DNA of 63,510 nt, the filler included. It is 6 parts of 6 records of this genome, joined end to end, with 100 filler letters (N's around TTAATTAATTAA, not from the genome) between each part and the next. Parts side by side here need not be neighbours in the genome. Positions count along the whole stretch, not along the records: positions 1 to 5,692 come from SRR31156797_45630; positions 5,793 to 14,229 come from SRR31156797_45673; 4 more parts are not named here. One strand, written 5' to 3'. Position 1 is the first letter of the stretch; the number at the start of each line of letters is the position of its first letter. The translations under genes were made by a program, and so were the position numbers. The notes beneath the pieces were generated by a model, which saw only the letters and a program-made list of their open reading frames with translations, was not told where the DNA came from and searched no databases. Of the stretch, positions 1 to 10,020 are shown piece by piece.

Positions 1-28
1 AGGGGTTCAAATCCCCTTGGGGACGCCA
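1..28 (+). tRNA. tRNA-Glu, 3' part (T arm, acceptor stem, CCA); truncated at window start
   Basis: AGGGGTTCAAATCCCCTTGGGGACGCCA matches the conserved bacterial tRNA-Glu 3' end. The anticodon is not in the window. Confidence 0.85.
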
Positions 29-38
29 AGACCAGAAT

Positions 39-73
39 AAGAAGCAATCACAACCGTGGTTGCTTCTTTTTTT
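39..73 (+). terminator. Rho-independent terminator after the tRNA
   Basis: AAGAAGCAATCAC-aacc-GTGGTTGCTTCTT followed by a T run. Confidence 0.7.
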
Positions 74-306
74 GTGCCCGACGCATTTCCTCTCCCCCCG
101 CCCGATTGTCTTTCTAAGCCGCACACAAGCGACGACAACACAGACCTAACTCCTTTCACTTGTTTCCCCGACAAAGCTTTCCTTTTTTTTCTGAACAGAG
201 TGGACTCATTCGGCTGACGCGTGTACAGCATAGAGTATCCCATATCAGGCGTCCGACCTCCGTCATGGCGGCTTCGGATTGAAAACGGAAAGACAAGGAA
301 GGCGAT

Positions 307-1995
307 ATGAAGAAACGATGGTTACTCACCACTTTGTGCCTCATGCTTTTTTTGGCGATGTTTGCTGCTTGCGGCTCCGACACACAAGAAGAAAAAAAGA
401 CAGAGACAACTATTTCAAGCCCAGCACCGGCACAACCTGAAACTCCTGTAGCGGACACATCAGAACAGCCCGCTACCGAAGCATCCACGACAGCAACTGC
501 GCCGTCTACCGACAAGCCCAATATCGTCGTCATCTGGGGTGACGACATCGGCCAAAGCAATCTCAGTGCATACACCAATGGCATGATGGGCTATCAAACG
601 CCCAACATCGATCGAGTGGCCAATGAAGGCATGATGTTCACTGACTACTATGCCGAACAAAGTTGTACAGCCGGCCGTTCCGCATTCATTACGGGGCAAT
701 CCGTATATCGCACAGGGCTGTCCAAAGTAGGAATGCCCGGAGCTGAACTCGGCATGAATGAGGCCGATCCGACCATAGCCGAACTGCTTAAAAACCACGG
801 CTATGCAACGGCTCAGTTTGGTAAAAACCATTTGGGCGATCGAGACAAACATCTCCCAACCAACCACGGCTTCGATGAATTCTACGGCAATCTTTACCAT
901 CTCAACGCCGAAGAAGAACCGGAACACCCGGATTACCCGAAACCCGAAGAGTACCCCAATTTCAAAAAGAACTACGGTCCTCGTGGCGTAATCCACTCCT
1001 TTGCAACAGCAGATGGTCAAGACATCGAAGACACTGGCCCGCTGACCAAAAAGCGCATGGAAACCATTGATGACGACGTTGCCAAACGCAGCGCCGACTA
1101 CATCATGAAACAGGCAAAGACTGGCGACCCGTTCTTCGTCTGGGTCAACTTCACTCATATGCATTTCAGAACGTACGTCCCTGAAGAACTCAAGGAACAA
1201 GCCGGACGCTGGCAGTCTCTCTATCACGACGCCATGGTCCAACATGATAAAAACGTAGGTACGGTCCTCGACGCCATTGATTCAGCAGGTATCGCAGACA
1301 ACACCATCGTCTTTTATTCGACGGACAATGGCCCACACAAAAACACATGGCCTGATGCAGGCACTTCACCGTTCCGTAACGAAAAAAATTCCAACTGGGA
1401 GGGGGCATTCCGCGTTCCCGCCATGGTCCGCTGGCCCGGTCACATCAAGGCCGGAAGCATCTCCAACGAAATCATCTCTCACATGGACTGGATGCCCACA
1501 CTCCTCGCAGCCGCAGGTGAAAATGACGTGAAGGAAAAACTCCTGACCGGACACAAAGCCAATGGCAAGGACTTTAAGGTCCATCTGGATGGATACAACT
1601 TCTTACCATACCTGACAGGTCAGATTGAGGCTCCTCCTCGTGATGAGTACTTTTACTTCTCTGACGACGGAGATCTGACGGGGTTGCGCTATGATAACTG
1701 GAAAATCGTCTTTGCCCAGCAACGCGCCCCCGGCACCATGTTGGTCTGGGGAGAACCGCTTGTAAACACGAGAATACCTTGGCTGTTCAATCTACGTACC
1801 GACCCATACGAACAAGCTTCCATCACTTCCAATACCTATTGGGACTGGTATCTGGATCACGCCTTCCTGCTCGTTCCGGCGCAAGGAATCGTGGGAGACT
1901 TCCTCAAAACATTCCAAGAATACCCGCCGCGAATGAAAGCTGCCAGCTTCACCATCGATCAGGTCATGGAAAAACTGACGCCGCCCACCCAATAA
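307..1995 (+). CDS. Arylsulfatase (Cys-type, formylglycine-dependent), lipoprotein
   Basis: Lipobox FAAC; Pro/Thr/Ala-rich linker; PNIVVIWGDD; SCTAGRSAFITG signature; GKNHLG; TDNG; RBS AAGGAAGG. Confidence 0.93.
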   Translation: MKKRWLLTTLCLMLFLAMFAACGSDTQEEKKTETTISSPAPAQPETPVADTSEQPATEASTTATAPSTDKPNIVVIWGDDIGQSNLSAYTNGMMGYQTPNIDRVANEGMMFTDYYAEQSCTAGRSAFITGQSVYRTGLSKVGMPGAELGMNEADPTIAELLKNHGYATAQFGKNHLGDRDKHLPTNHGFDEFYGNLYHLNAEEEPEHPDYPKPEEYPNFKKNYGPRGVIHSFATADGQDIEDTGPLTKKRMETIDDDVAKRSADYIMKQAKTGDPFFVWVNFTHMHFRTYVPEELKEQAGRWQSLYHDAMVQHDKNVGTVLDAIDSAGIADNTIVFYSTDNGPHKNTWPDAGTSPFRNEKNSNWEGAFRVPAMVRWPGHIKAGSISNEIISHMDWMPTLLAAAGENDVKEKLLTGHKANGKDFKVHLDGYNFLPYLTGQIEAPPRDEYFYFSDDGDLTGLRYDNWKIVFAQQRAPGTMLVWGEPLVNTRIPWLFNLRTDPYEQASITSNTYWDWYLDHAFLLVPAQGIVGDFLKTFQEYPPRMKAASFTIDQVMEKLTPPTQ

Positions 1996-2008
1996 TCAAC
2001 ACGCTTCA

Positions 2009-2047
2009 ATATTGTGAGCCCGTCCTAACAAAACGGGCTCACAATAT
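2009..2047 (+). terminator. Intergenic hairpin (terminator or mRNA-stability stem)
   Basis: Perfect 15-bp stem ATATTGTGAGCCCGT / ACGGGCTCACAATAT just after the sulfatase stop. Confidence 0.65.
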
Positions 2048-2072
2048 AAGACTATACACTCTCAAATAGAGG

Positions 2073-4403
2073 ATGCACCCAATCATGAAACACCCAGTAG
2101 TTAAACAACATTCCTCACTGACATGGCTAATAATCCTCTCCGCAATCCTCCTGCTTGCACCGACACAAACATGGGCCCAAAGTTTTGCAGGATCCAAAAG
2201 CTGTCGTGACTGCCATGAACGTTTCTATGAACTCTGGGCCCCGTCTCGCCATGGTACGGCCATGCAACCGTACACCGAAATCTTCGCCGAAAAAAATCTC
2301 ACTCCACATTCCACTCCGTTGACCATCGAAAAAGCAAACTACCAAGCTTATGTGGACAAAGGGCAAGGATACATCATCGAAAAAACAGACCAGGGACAAA
2401 AAAAACTCACCATTGAACACGTTCTCGGTGGCAAATACGTCTATTATTTCCTGACCCCCATGGACAAAGGCCGTCTGCAGACGCTGCCTCTGGCCTATGA
2501 TGTCGTCAAAAAAGAATGGTTCGATATGGCAGGAAGCGGCATTCGACACTCAGGCGGAGAATCCGTATCATGGACCGATGCCGCATATACCTTCAACACA
2601 TCCTGCCACGGTTGCCATGTCAGCCAAATGCGCAACAATTATGATCCGAAAACCGGCATTTACGAAACCACCTGGGCCGAACCCGGCATCAATTGCGAAA
2701 CCTGCCACGGCCCGTCTTCGGAACACAACCGGGTCTGTCGTGAAGCGGGAAAAGGCAACGTACCAAAAGATTTAAAGATCCTCGGTGGTAAAGGGAAGTT
2801 CTCCGTCAAAGAAAACTCGGATGCCTGTGCGCCCTGCCATGCCCAGATGATCCCACTTACCGGTGCATTCATGCCGGGTGATGAATTTTACGACCACTTC
2901 GACCTTGTCACGCTGGAAGACCCGGACTGGTATCCCGATGGCCGGGACCTCGGCGAGAACTATACCCACACCACCTGGAGCCTCAGCCCATGTGTCAAAT
3001 CCGGCGAATTGGGATGTGTGCATTGTCACACTTCAAGCGGCCGCTTCCGCCAAAAAAATGATCCAAACTCAGCCTGTTTCCCCTGCCACGACAATAAAGT
3101 CGCAGAGCCAGAAAAACACACCATGCACACGACCGGGCCTGATACGCCTACCTGCATATCCTGCCACATGCATAAAACTCATTTCGCCCGTATGGATCGC
3201 AGTGACCACTCAATGCTTCCGCCGACTCCGGCAACAACCATTGCCTACGGCTCGCCTAATGCATGCAACGGCTGTCACACGGACAAGGACGCCAAATGGG
3301 CGGACAAAACCGTCAGGACATGGCGCACACGAGATTATCAGGTCCCTGTACTCCACCGAGCTGGACTCGTAGACGCCGCAAGAAAGGGCGACTGGACCAA
3401 ACTCTCCGCAATGACCACGTATATTGCCAACAAAAAAAGCGATCCTGTCTTCGTGACATCGCTTATTCGTTTGCTACGAACATGCCCAGATACAAAAAAA
3501 TGGCCTCCCCTTATCGCAGCCCTCAAGAACCCGTCACCACTGGTTCGTTCTGCCGCAGCCGAAGCTCTTGGTCCGCCTCCTTCACCTCAGGCGGCACAGG
3601 CATTAGTTGTGGCAACTGGCGACCCAATCCGAGTGGTTCGCATCAGAGCCGCCGCAGCCCTAAACGGTGTCCCCATGCAAATTACCAAAGGGGAACACAA
3701 AGCAAATCTGAAAAAGGCCCAAAAAGAATACATGGACTCCATGACCGCACGCCCTGACATGTGGACGTCCCACTACAATCTGGGAAACTATTACATGCTT
3801 GGCCGTGACCTTGAACAAGCAAGCATGGCTTTTGAAAAAGCACACGAACTGGCTCCACGAGCCGTCCCACCTTTGGTAAACAATGCCATGGCACACGCCC
3901 GTGGCGGAGATCTTCAGGGAGCCGAAGTTCTGCTCATGAAAGCATTACCCCTGGCGCCAGAAGATCCGGCCATCCTCTACAATCTCGGCTTAGTCAAAAG
4001 CGAAATGGGCGATACGACAGAAGCTGAAAAATATTTGCGCGCAAGCCTGAAGGCGGACCCACAACTCGCTCGTGCCGCATACAACCTATCTGTCATTATC
4101 GGAAAAAAATCCCCCAAAGAATCAGTCACCTTTGCACAAACTGCTTCCGATCTAACCTCAAATCCGAGATACACATTCAACCTTGCCTTTGCTCAACACC
4201 GGGCAAGACAAACAGAACAAGCCAGAAGCACATTAAAAAAATCCATACAGACATGGCCGGAATTCACCGATGCTTACTTGTACCTTCTCAACATTGCCGA
4301 AACGGATAAACAAAAGGCTGAGGCAAAAGCCCTGATCGGTGCGGCCCTGTCTTCACATACTCTGTCCAAGACAAGTAGGACCAGATTAAAACAGGCCTTC
4401 TAA
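2073..4403 (+). CDS. Exported octaheme c-type cytochrome with C-terminal HEAT and TPR repeats
   Basis: Signal peptide; 8 CxxCH (CRDCH, CHGCH, CETCH, CAPCH, CVHCH, CFPCH, CISCH, CNGCH); HEAT-like LVRSAAAEALG and VVRIRAAAAL; TPR-like YNLG repeats. Confidence 0.9.
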   Translation: MHPIMKHPVVKQHSSLTWLIILSAILLLAPTQTWAQSFAGSKSCRDCHERFYELWAPSRHGTAMQPYTEIFAEKNLTPHSTPLTIEKANYQAYVDKGQGYIIEKTDQGQKKLTIEHVLGGKYVYYFLTPMDKGRLQTLPLAYDVVKKEWFDMAGSGIRHSGGESVSWTDAAYTFNTSCHGCHVSQMRNNYDPKTGIYETTWAEPGINCETCHGPSSEHNRVCREAGKGNVPKDLKILGGKGKFSVKENSDACAPCHAQMIPLTGAFMPGDEFYDHFDLVTLEDPDWYPDGRDLGENYTHTTWSLSPCVKSGELGCVHCHTSSGRFRQKNDPNSACFPCHDNKVAEPEKHTMHTTGPDTPTCISCHMHKTHFARMDRSDHSMLPPTPATTIAYGSPNACNGCHTDKDAKWADKTVRTWRTRDYQVPVLHRAGLVDAARKGDWTKLSAMTTYIANKKSDPVFVTSLIRLLRTCPDTKKWPPLIAALKNPSPLVRSAAAEALGPPPSPQAAQALVVATGDPIRVVRIRAAAALNGVPMQITKGEHKANLKKAQKEYMDSMTARPDMWTSHYNLGNYYMLGRDLEQASMAFEKAHELAPRAVPPLVNNAMAHARGGDLQGAEVLLMKALPLAPEDPAILYNLGLVKSEMGDTTEAEKYLRASLKADPQLARAAYNLSVIIGKKSPKESVTFAQTASDLTSNPRYTFNLAFAQHRARQTEQARSTLKKSIQTWPEFTDAYLYLLNIAETDKQKAEAKALIGAALSSHTLSKTSRTRLKQAF

Positions 4404-4413
4404 CAACCAGCAT

Positions 4414-4450
4414 AAAAAAGGCCCCGGTAGCACAATGCTCCGGGGCCTTT
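4414..4450. terminator. Bidirectional terminator between convergent genes
   Basis: AAAAAAGGCCCCGG...CCGGGGCCTTT. Confidence 0.75.
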
Positions 4451-4466
4451 CATCTATTTCGACACG

Positions 4467-5456
4467 TTATTTTTTCCCATCGACCTCCGCAAAAATCGCC
4501 TTGAAATCATTTTTCATACTGATTTCATGCCATCCATTTTCGAGGCACATGGCTCTCATCTCCTCATCCTTATACTGATACTCTCGTTCGGGATCATCAT
4601 GATTGACGATCATTTGAAGACTGTAAGCTGCAGTCTTTGAATATTCTAGCATATGATAATCGCCACCGGAATTTCCCAATGCAAACACGGGAACTCGGCC
4701 AATCTTGTTCCGAATATTAACAGGTTTGCCCTCTTTGTCGTTGATGGGCTTCACAAATTCATGCTGCCGTACAAAATCAGCGCCCTTTCCCTCTCGGTCC
4801 CACGTGGTAAGCACTGTTGTCCCGATAACATTCTCCGGAGTTATATGCGCTGCCTCCAATGCAAATCCACGGGTGAACTGCGGATCAGACCCGGAACAAA
4901 TATATACGGTAAACTGATGCGCCTTGAGGTAGTCGATCAATTGGACCACGGGAGCATACACCAACTTATTGTAGCTCAAACCGAACCGCTTATCCTTCAC
5001 CTGTGCAAAATACTTTGCGAGGGCAGCATTATACTGCGCATCGGTGAATCCGTCCGTGGCATAGAGCAAAATGGCATACAAACTGTTCTCCGCATACGGG
5101 TCATGACTGAAATACGACATATCCTTTTCAGCAACGGCTTTGTATGGCTGGACATTTTTGAGAGAAGCATCATCCTCAATACGTTTAAGCATCTGTCGTT
5201 CAGCAAAATCAAAAACAACATACTGCGGTTTTTCCAACAAGATGGTCCCATCCATATCAAAAGTCGCGATTCTGTCCTCCGGCGACAGGTAATTCGAACC
5301 CGATTCATTCACGACCTCTTCCACAAATTGTACAATGGCAGTTTTAATTGCTCCTTCTTGCCACAAATCCAAAGTATTTTGTCCCGCAACACCGAGCACC
5401 GGCACCGCCAACACAAAAGCAATCAATAAAGTTCCAATTCGCAAGACCCGTTTCAT
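4467..5456 (-). CDS. Exported HAD-family hydrolase (nonspecific acid phosphatase-like)
   Basis: Signal peptide MKRVLRIG...; motif I FDMDGT; CSGS; GNSGGD; GGAGG RBS before ATG at 5456. Confidence 0.85.
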   Translation of the reverse strand: MKRVLRIGTLLIAFVLAVPVLGVAGQNTLDLWQEGAIKTAIVQFVEEVVNESGSNYLSPEDRIATFDMDGTILLEKPQYVVFDFAERQMLKRIEDDASLKNVQPYKAVAEKDMSYFSHDPYAENSLYAILLYATDGFTDAQYNAALAKYFAQVKDKRFGLSYNKLVYAPVVQLIDYLKAHQFTVYICSGSDPQFTRGFALEAAHITPENVIGTTVLTTWDREGKGADFVRQHEFVKPINDKEGKPVNIRNKIGRVPVFALGNSGGDYHMLEYSKTAAYSLQMIVNHDDPEREYQYKDEEMRAMCLENGWHEISMKNDFKAIFAEVDGKK

Positions 5457-5665
5457 AAACACCTCCCGCATGTGATTTTTCAATAATCATTGAGTGATAT
5501 ACATTAAAAAAACGCATAATCAAACGGTAAAAACACTCTATCCTGCAACTCATTGGCAAAAAAAATGCAGAAAGGTGCGACTAGGGCTTGCCAAGCTCTC
5601 AGTTTTATGTAAAACACGCCCTTCACGGATTGGAGCTGACCAGCAAATCCGTTTGAAAATAGTGC

Positions 5666-5692
5666 GTCCCCATCGTCTAGCCTGGTCCAGGA
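5666..5692 (+). tRNA. tRNA-Glu, 5' part (acceptor 5' strand and D arm); truncated at contig end
   Basis: GTCCCCATCGTCTAGCCTGGTCCAGGA; its GTCCCCA pairs with TGGGGAC of the 3' part at 1-28. Confidence 0.8.
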
Positions 5693-5792
5693 NNNNNNNN
5701 NNNNNNNNNNNNNNNNNNNNNNNNNNNNNNNNNNNNTTAATTAATTAANNNNNNNNNNNNNNNNNNNNNNNNNNNNNNNNNNNNNNNNNNNN
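5693..5792. other. Artificial contig spacer
   Basis: N44-TTAATTAATTAA-N44, with stops in all frames. Confidence 0.98.
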
Positions 5793-6018
5793 GATTTTAA
5801 GCCTATAATCATAAATCATAAAACCTGGGAAGGTTTATGTTTTATAAAAAAATTGATATTTAGCTTGCTATTCCGCATGAAGGTTCTTATGTTATCTGAT
5901 CAATTGGATTCTGCCATAAATTGGCGGGATCGTTTCTTTCTGCTGGGATTATCCGTTGGTTAAACGCTATCATCCTTCAGTTTGCGACATTGAAATATTT
6001 TGGAAGGAGGATGATATC

Positions 6019-6219
6019 ATGACAAATGGAACTGTTAAGTGGTTTAATGACCAAAAAGGTTTTGGATTCATTGAGCAGGAGAATGGATCGGATGTATTTG
6101 TGCATCATAGTGCAATCAATGCAGAAGGTTTTAAATCTCTCAGTGAAGGTGAACGCGTGACCTTTGACATCGAGCAGGGGCCTAAAGGTCCGTCTGCTAC
6201 AAACGTGACTGTAGCCTAG
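6019..6219 (+). CDS. csp: Cold-shock protein (CspA family)
   Basis: [18 protein letters not shown]...[19 protein letters not shown]; possible promoter TTGCTA-17-TATGTT at 5865-5893. Confidence 0.96.
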   Translation: MTNGTVKWFNDQKGFGFIEQENGSDVFVHHSAINAEGFKSLSEGERVTFDIEQGPKGPSATNVTVA

Positions 6220-6239
6220 CCTGCTTCTTAAGGCCATTC

Positions 6240-6278
6240 AAGGCATCTCCCGTTTCATGGGAGATGCCTTTTTTTTTG
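6240..6278 (+). terminator. Rho-independent terminator
   Basis: AAGGCATCTCCC-loop-GGGAGATGCCTT followed by a T run. Confidence 0.85.
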
Positions 6279-6372
6279 GTCGTTCGCGTCAAACACAAAT
6301 ATTCAGGCAAGGGATATATTTCCTGTTATCATGGATTTAATCGATCCATCAACCCAGCGGAGAGGAAACGCC

Positions 6373-6561
6373 ATGGCAAAACCCAATTATCAGTTCAAGA
6401 AACGTCAGAAAGAATTGGCCAAGAAAAAGAAAAAAGAGGAAAAAAGGCAACGCAAGCTGGAAAACAAGGCTGTTGAAACCGATGAAAATCAAAAAGACCA
6501 GACCCCTGTAACGGAGGAAAGGAAGCCCGTTTTGGATGAACCGAATGATCAACCGGCTTAA
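6373..6561 (+). CDS. Small basic hypothetical protein
   Basis: RBS GGAGAGG; MAKPNYQFKKRQKELAKKKKKEEKRQRK, a Lys/Arg-rich type often seen next to csp genes. Confidence 0.7.
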   Translation: MAKPNYQFKKRQKELAKKKKKEEKRQRKLENKAVETDENQKDQTPVTEERKPVLDEPNDQPA

Positions 6562-6907
6562 TGAGGTAAAAGAAATGTCTTCTCCGAGTTCCTAAGGCTA
6601 TCCCGCGGTTCTAAGCCGCATGATGAATGAAACCGCACCGGCTTTTCAAGGAAAGAGTGGTCAGGCAAGATTTCCAAAGGGAAAAAAGATCCGGTGGAAA
6701 GGGGCGTCAAAACCCCGTTTCATGATGATTGGGGAAGTATGTGATTGAAAATGAAAAGGGTTCGTTGTACCCTATGATGCCGATCGGGAATCTTAACACC
6801 GATGGAAGTTCATTTGGACACATGGGAAACAGGGCAGGAATGGGTCTTTGAATAATCACCTCATTGCGGATGGGTTCGTCCGCACGCTTTAAGAAAAGGG
6901 GGCTGTT

Positions 6908-8206
6908 ATGCTTGAGAAAATCGTACTTTCCGTTCTTCTATGTTTTGCGTTTGCCTGCAATTCATCAACATCCACCCCCACCGGGGAAGTTCAGGGGGAT
7001 CTTGACCCGACTTTCGGTGCGCCGGACGGATATGTCACCCATGGGGGCTGGAACAAGGATTCCTACGTGGGTGCGGCAATTCAACCGGATGGCAGGATTG
7101 TGGTTTCAGCGGGAATATCGAACGGTACGGACTCGGATGTGGGCGTTTTAAGATATGACCCCGATGGCACCATGGACGAAGGATTTGGGACCGGCGGCCT
7201 TGTCACCTATGACGGTGGAAATGGAAAGGACTGCGGCCGGGCGGTTGCCGTGGATGGGGATGGAAAGATCATTTTGACGGGATATACCCGCAGTGGAAGT
7301 GATTACGACCTGCTGCTCATGCGGTTAAATGGTGATGGGACCCCGGATGACGGCTTCGGCACGAACGGCATGGTTTTTTATGACAGAGGGAATAGAAATG
7401 ATTATGGCCGGGGAATTGCCGTGCAGGCGGATGGAAAGATTCTCGTGACCGCAAGAAGCACGGGGGACGGTGTTTCATCGGCCATGATGTTACGATATGA
7501 AAGGGACGGAACACTGGATTCGGCATTCGGTCTTGACGGCGTTGTCGTTTATGAAGGGGGCGAGGGGAATGACGGATTTCGTGACCTGGCCCTTCAGCCG
7601 GATGGGAAAATCCTTGTTACGGGCTATACCAGGACCGTTGCGGGTTTTGAAATCCTGACCGCAAGATTCAACACCGATGGAACCCTGGACCCTTTATTCG
7701 GTACAAACGGCATCGCCCGATATGATGGTGGTCATGGAAGTGCCGGTGCACGGGGTATAGCCGTTCTGTCGGATGGAAAAATCGTTGTGTCGGGAAGTAA
7801 CGACAACGGCAGCGATTTGGATGTTGTGGTTTTGATGTACCATCCGGACGGATCGCCGGATAGCGGTTTTGGAACGGGTGGGGTGGTTGTTTATGACGGT
7901 GGTAAGGGAAATGACAACGGCCGAAGGCTGGCCCTTCAGCGGGGGGATCGGATTGTTGTCGCCGGTAACACCTTTAACGGGAATGACTATGACGCCCTTG
8001 TCCTGAGGTACCATCCGGATGGAATTGCCGACAGCGATTTCGGCAACGGCGGTGCGGCCATCATTCACCTTGGTGAGGGAAATGATTGGGGTGAAGCCGT
8101 GGCCATCCAGACGGACCAAAATATGATTGTTGTCGGCGGCATCGATAATGAAACGGATGAGATCCTGACCATGAGACTGATCGGTTCTTCCCTTTTTGCC
8201 GATTGA
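6908..8206 (+). CDS. Delta-60 repeat lipoprotein (probable beta-propeller)
   Basis: Lipobox AFAC; 7 repeats of xD..FG..G with Q.DGKI.V.G. Confidence 0.85.
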   Translation: MLEKIVLSVLLCFAFACNSSTSTPTGEVQGDLDPTFGAPDGYVTHGGWNKDSYVGAAIQPDGRIVVSAGISNGTDSDVGVLRYDPDGTMDEGFGTGGLVTYDGGNGKDCGRAVAVDGDGKIILTGYTRSGSDYDLLLMRLNGDGTPDDGFGTNGMVFYDRGNRNDYGRGIAVQADGKILVTARSTGDGVSSAMMLRYERDGTLDSAFGLDGVVVYEGGEGNDGFRDLALQPDGKILVTGYTRTVAGFEILTARFNTDGTLDPLFGTNGIARYDGGHGSAGARGIAVLSDGKIVVSGSNDNGSDLDVVVLMYHPDGSPDSGFGTGGVVVYDGGKGNDNGRRLALQRGDRIVVAGNTFNGNDYDALVLRYHPDGIADSDFGNGGAAIIHLGEGNDWGEAVAIQTDQNMIVVGGIDNETDEILTMRLIGSSLFAD

Positions 8207-8294
8207 GAAATGGATTCGCCCTTTCATTCATCAATGAAATGAAAGAAATTGAACCGTAACGATTTTTTTCCGATAACTTTTAAGGAGGTTTGAA

Positions 8295-9995
8295 ATGCTT
8301 TTAAACCCCGGAACCGAAACCTATGAACATCTCGATGAACGAAGTCGGGAGATCATGCTGAAAACCATTGCCTTTTTTGAACAAAAGGGTAAACAGAACC
8401 TCAAAAAAGATTATCATGAACAGGTGTGGTATGCTGATTTTATTGAATTTTTGAAAGAAAACAGGATCTTTTCCACACTTCTCACCCCGTCTCAATACGC
8501 ACAAGACGATCCGGATGCCCGGTGGGATACCTTCCGCAATTGCCATTTTAATGAGGTGCTGGCGTTTTACGGCCTGCCTTATTGGTATGCCTGGCAGGTG
8601 ACCATCCTGGGGCTGGGACCCATCTGGATGGGAAAAAATGAAGCGGTAAAGCGCAAAACCGCCAGACTGCTCAAAGATGGCGCTATTTTCGCTTTCGGCC
8701 TTTCCGAAAAAGCCCACGGCGCGGATCTCTATTCCTCCGAAATGTCCTTGACGGATCTGGGTGAAGGCCGATATGTGGCCGATGGCGGAAAGTATTATAT
8801 CGGCAACGGCAATGAAGCATCAATGGTTTCCACCTTTGCCAAGGATTCGGAAACGGATGAATATGTATTTTTCGTGGTGGATTCACAGCATGAGAATTAC
8901 GAATGCATTCAGAATGTGGTGGCCTGGCAGGGGTATGTGGCGGAGTATGCCTTAAACAGCTATCCCATCAGCGAAGAAGATATCCTGACCAAGGGGAGGG
9001 ATGCGTGGGATTCCGGTCTCAACACCATTAACGTGGGGAAATTCAACCTGGGCTGGGGGAGTATCGGTATCTGCACCCATGCCTTTTACGAGGCCATTAC
9101 CCATGCGGCCCATCGGAACCTGTATGGGAAATATGTGACGGATTTTCCCCATATCCGGCAGTATTTTGTGGATGCCTATGCCCGTCTTGCGGCCATGAAA
9201 ATGTTCGCTTCTCGGGCCGGCGATTACATGCGTTCCGCTTCGTCCGGGGACCGGCGCTATCTGCTCTACAACCCCATGGTCAAGATGAAGGTGACCACCC
9301 AGGGGGAAGAGGTGATCAACCTGCTGTGGGATGTGATCGCGGCCAGGGGTTATGAAAAGGAGACCTATTTCGAAATGGCCGCTCGGGAGATCAGGTCCCT
9401 GCCGAAGCTGGAGGGCACCGTCCATGTGAACATGGTGCTCATCATCAAATTCATGGCCAACTATTTTTTCAACCCGGATGTGTTCCCTGAAATCCCCGGA
9501 CGGGACGATCCCGTAAACGATGATTTCATGTTCAACCAGGGGCCGACCCGGGGATTGGGCAAAATCCGCTTTCATGATTACAACCTGGCCTACGACAGCA
9601 TTGACCTCGCCAATGTGAATCGCTTCAAGGAGCAGATCGCAGTGCTTAAGGAATTCCTCATGACGGCCCCTCCGGAGAAGGAACAGACCAAGGATATTGA
9701 CTTTCTGTTGAATCTGGGCGAACTTTTTACCCTGGTGGCCTACGGTCAACTCATCATCGAAAAATCGAGAATGGATGGGACGGAAGATGACCTTATGGAG
9801 CAGATCTTTGACGTCATGATTCGCGATTTTTCAAAATTCGCCCTGCAGATTTACGCCAAGCCCGGTACCACCGAAAAACAGATGGCCCTTTGCATGAAGA
9901 TGATCAAAAAGCCCGTTTCCCACAGGGAATGCTTTCTGAATATATGGGAAAATCATGTGTACCGCTTGAAGGACACCTATGAAATGAATCCGTAG
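8295..9995 (+). CDS. Acyl-CoA dehydrogenase
   Basis: AFGLSEKAHGAD; GKYYIGNG; KLEGT; RBS AAGGAGG. Confidence 0.92.
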   Translation: MLLNPGTETYEHLDERSREIMLKTIAFFEQKGKQNLKKDYHEQVWYADFIEFLKENRIFSTLLTPSQYAQDDPDARWDTFRNCHFNEVLAFYGLPYWYAWQVTILGLGPIWMGKNEAVKRKTARLLKDGAIFAFGLSEKAHGADLYSSEMSLTDLGEGRYVADGGKYYIGNGNEASMVSTFAKDSETDEYVFFVVDSQHENYECIQNVVAWQGYVAEYALNSYPISEEDILTKGRDAWDSGLNTINVGKFNLGWGSIGICTHAFYEAITHAAHRNLYGKYVTDFPHIRQYFVDAYARLAAMKMFASRAGDYMRSASSGDRRYLLYNPMVKMKVTTQGEEVINLLWDVIAARGYEKETYFEMAAREIRSLPKLEGTVHVNMVLIIKFMANYFFNPDVFPEIPGRDDPVNDDFMFNQGPTRGLGKIRFHDYNLAYDSIDLANVNRFKEQIAVLKEFLMTAPPEKEQTKDIDFLLNLGELFTLVAYGQLIIEKSRMDGTEDDLMEQIFDVMIRDFSKFALQIYAKPGTTEKQMALCMKMIKKPVSHRECFLNIWENHVYRLKDTYEMNP

Positions 9996-10020
9996 TGCAG
10001 GCTTGAGGAAAGGGGAAAAG

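Noticed and set aside
2073-4403. Calling the multiheme proteins NrfA or octaheme nitrite reductase
   Set aside because: No CxxCK catalytic motif is present and the HEAT/TPR tail is unlike those enzymes; function left open
5737-5748. Recurring TTAATTAATTAA as a biological repeat
   Set aside because: Always centred in N runs; it is a synthetic six-frame stop linker
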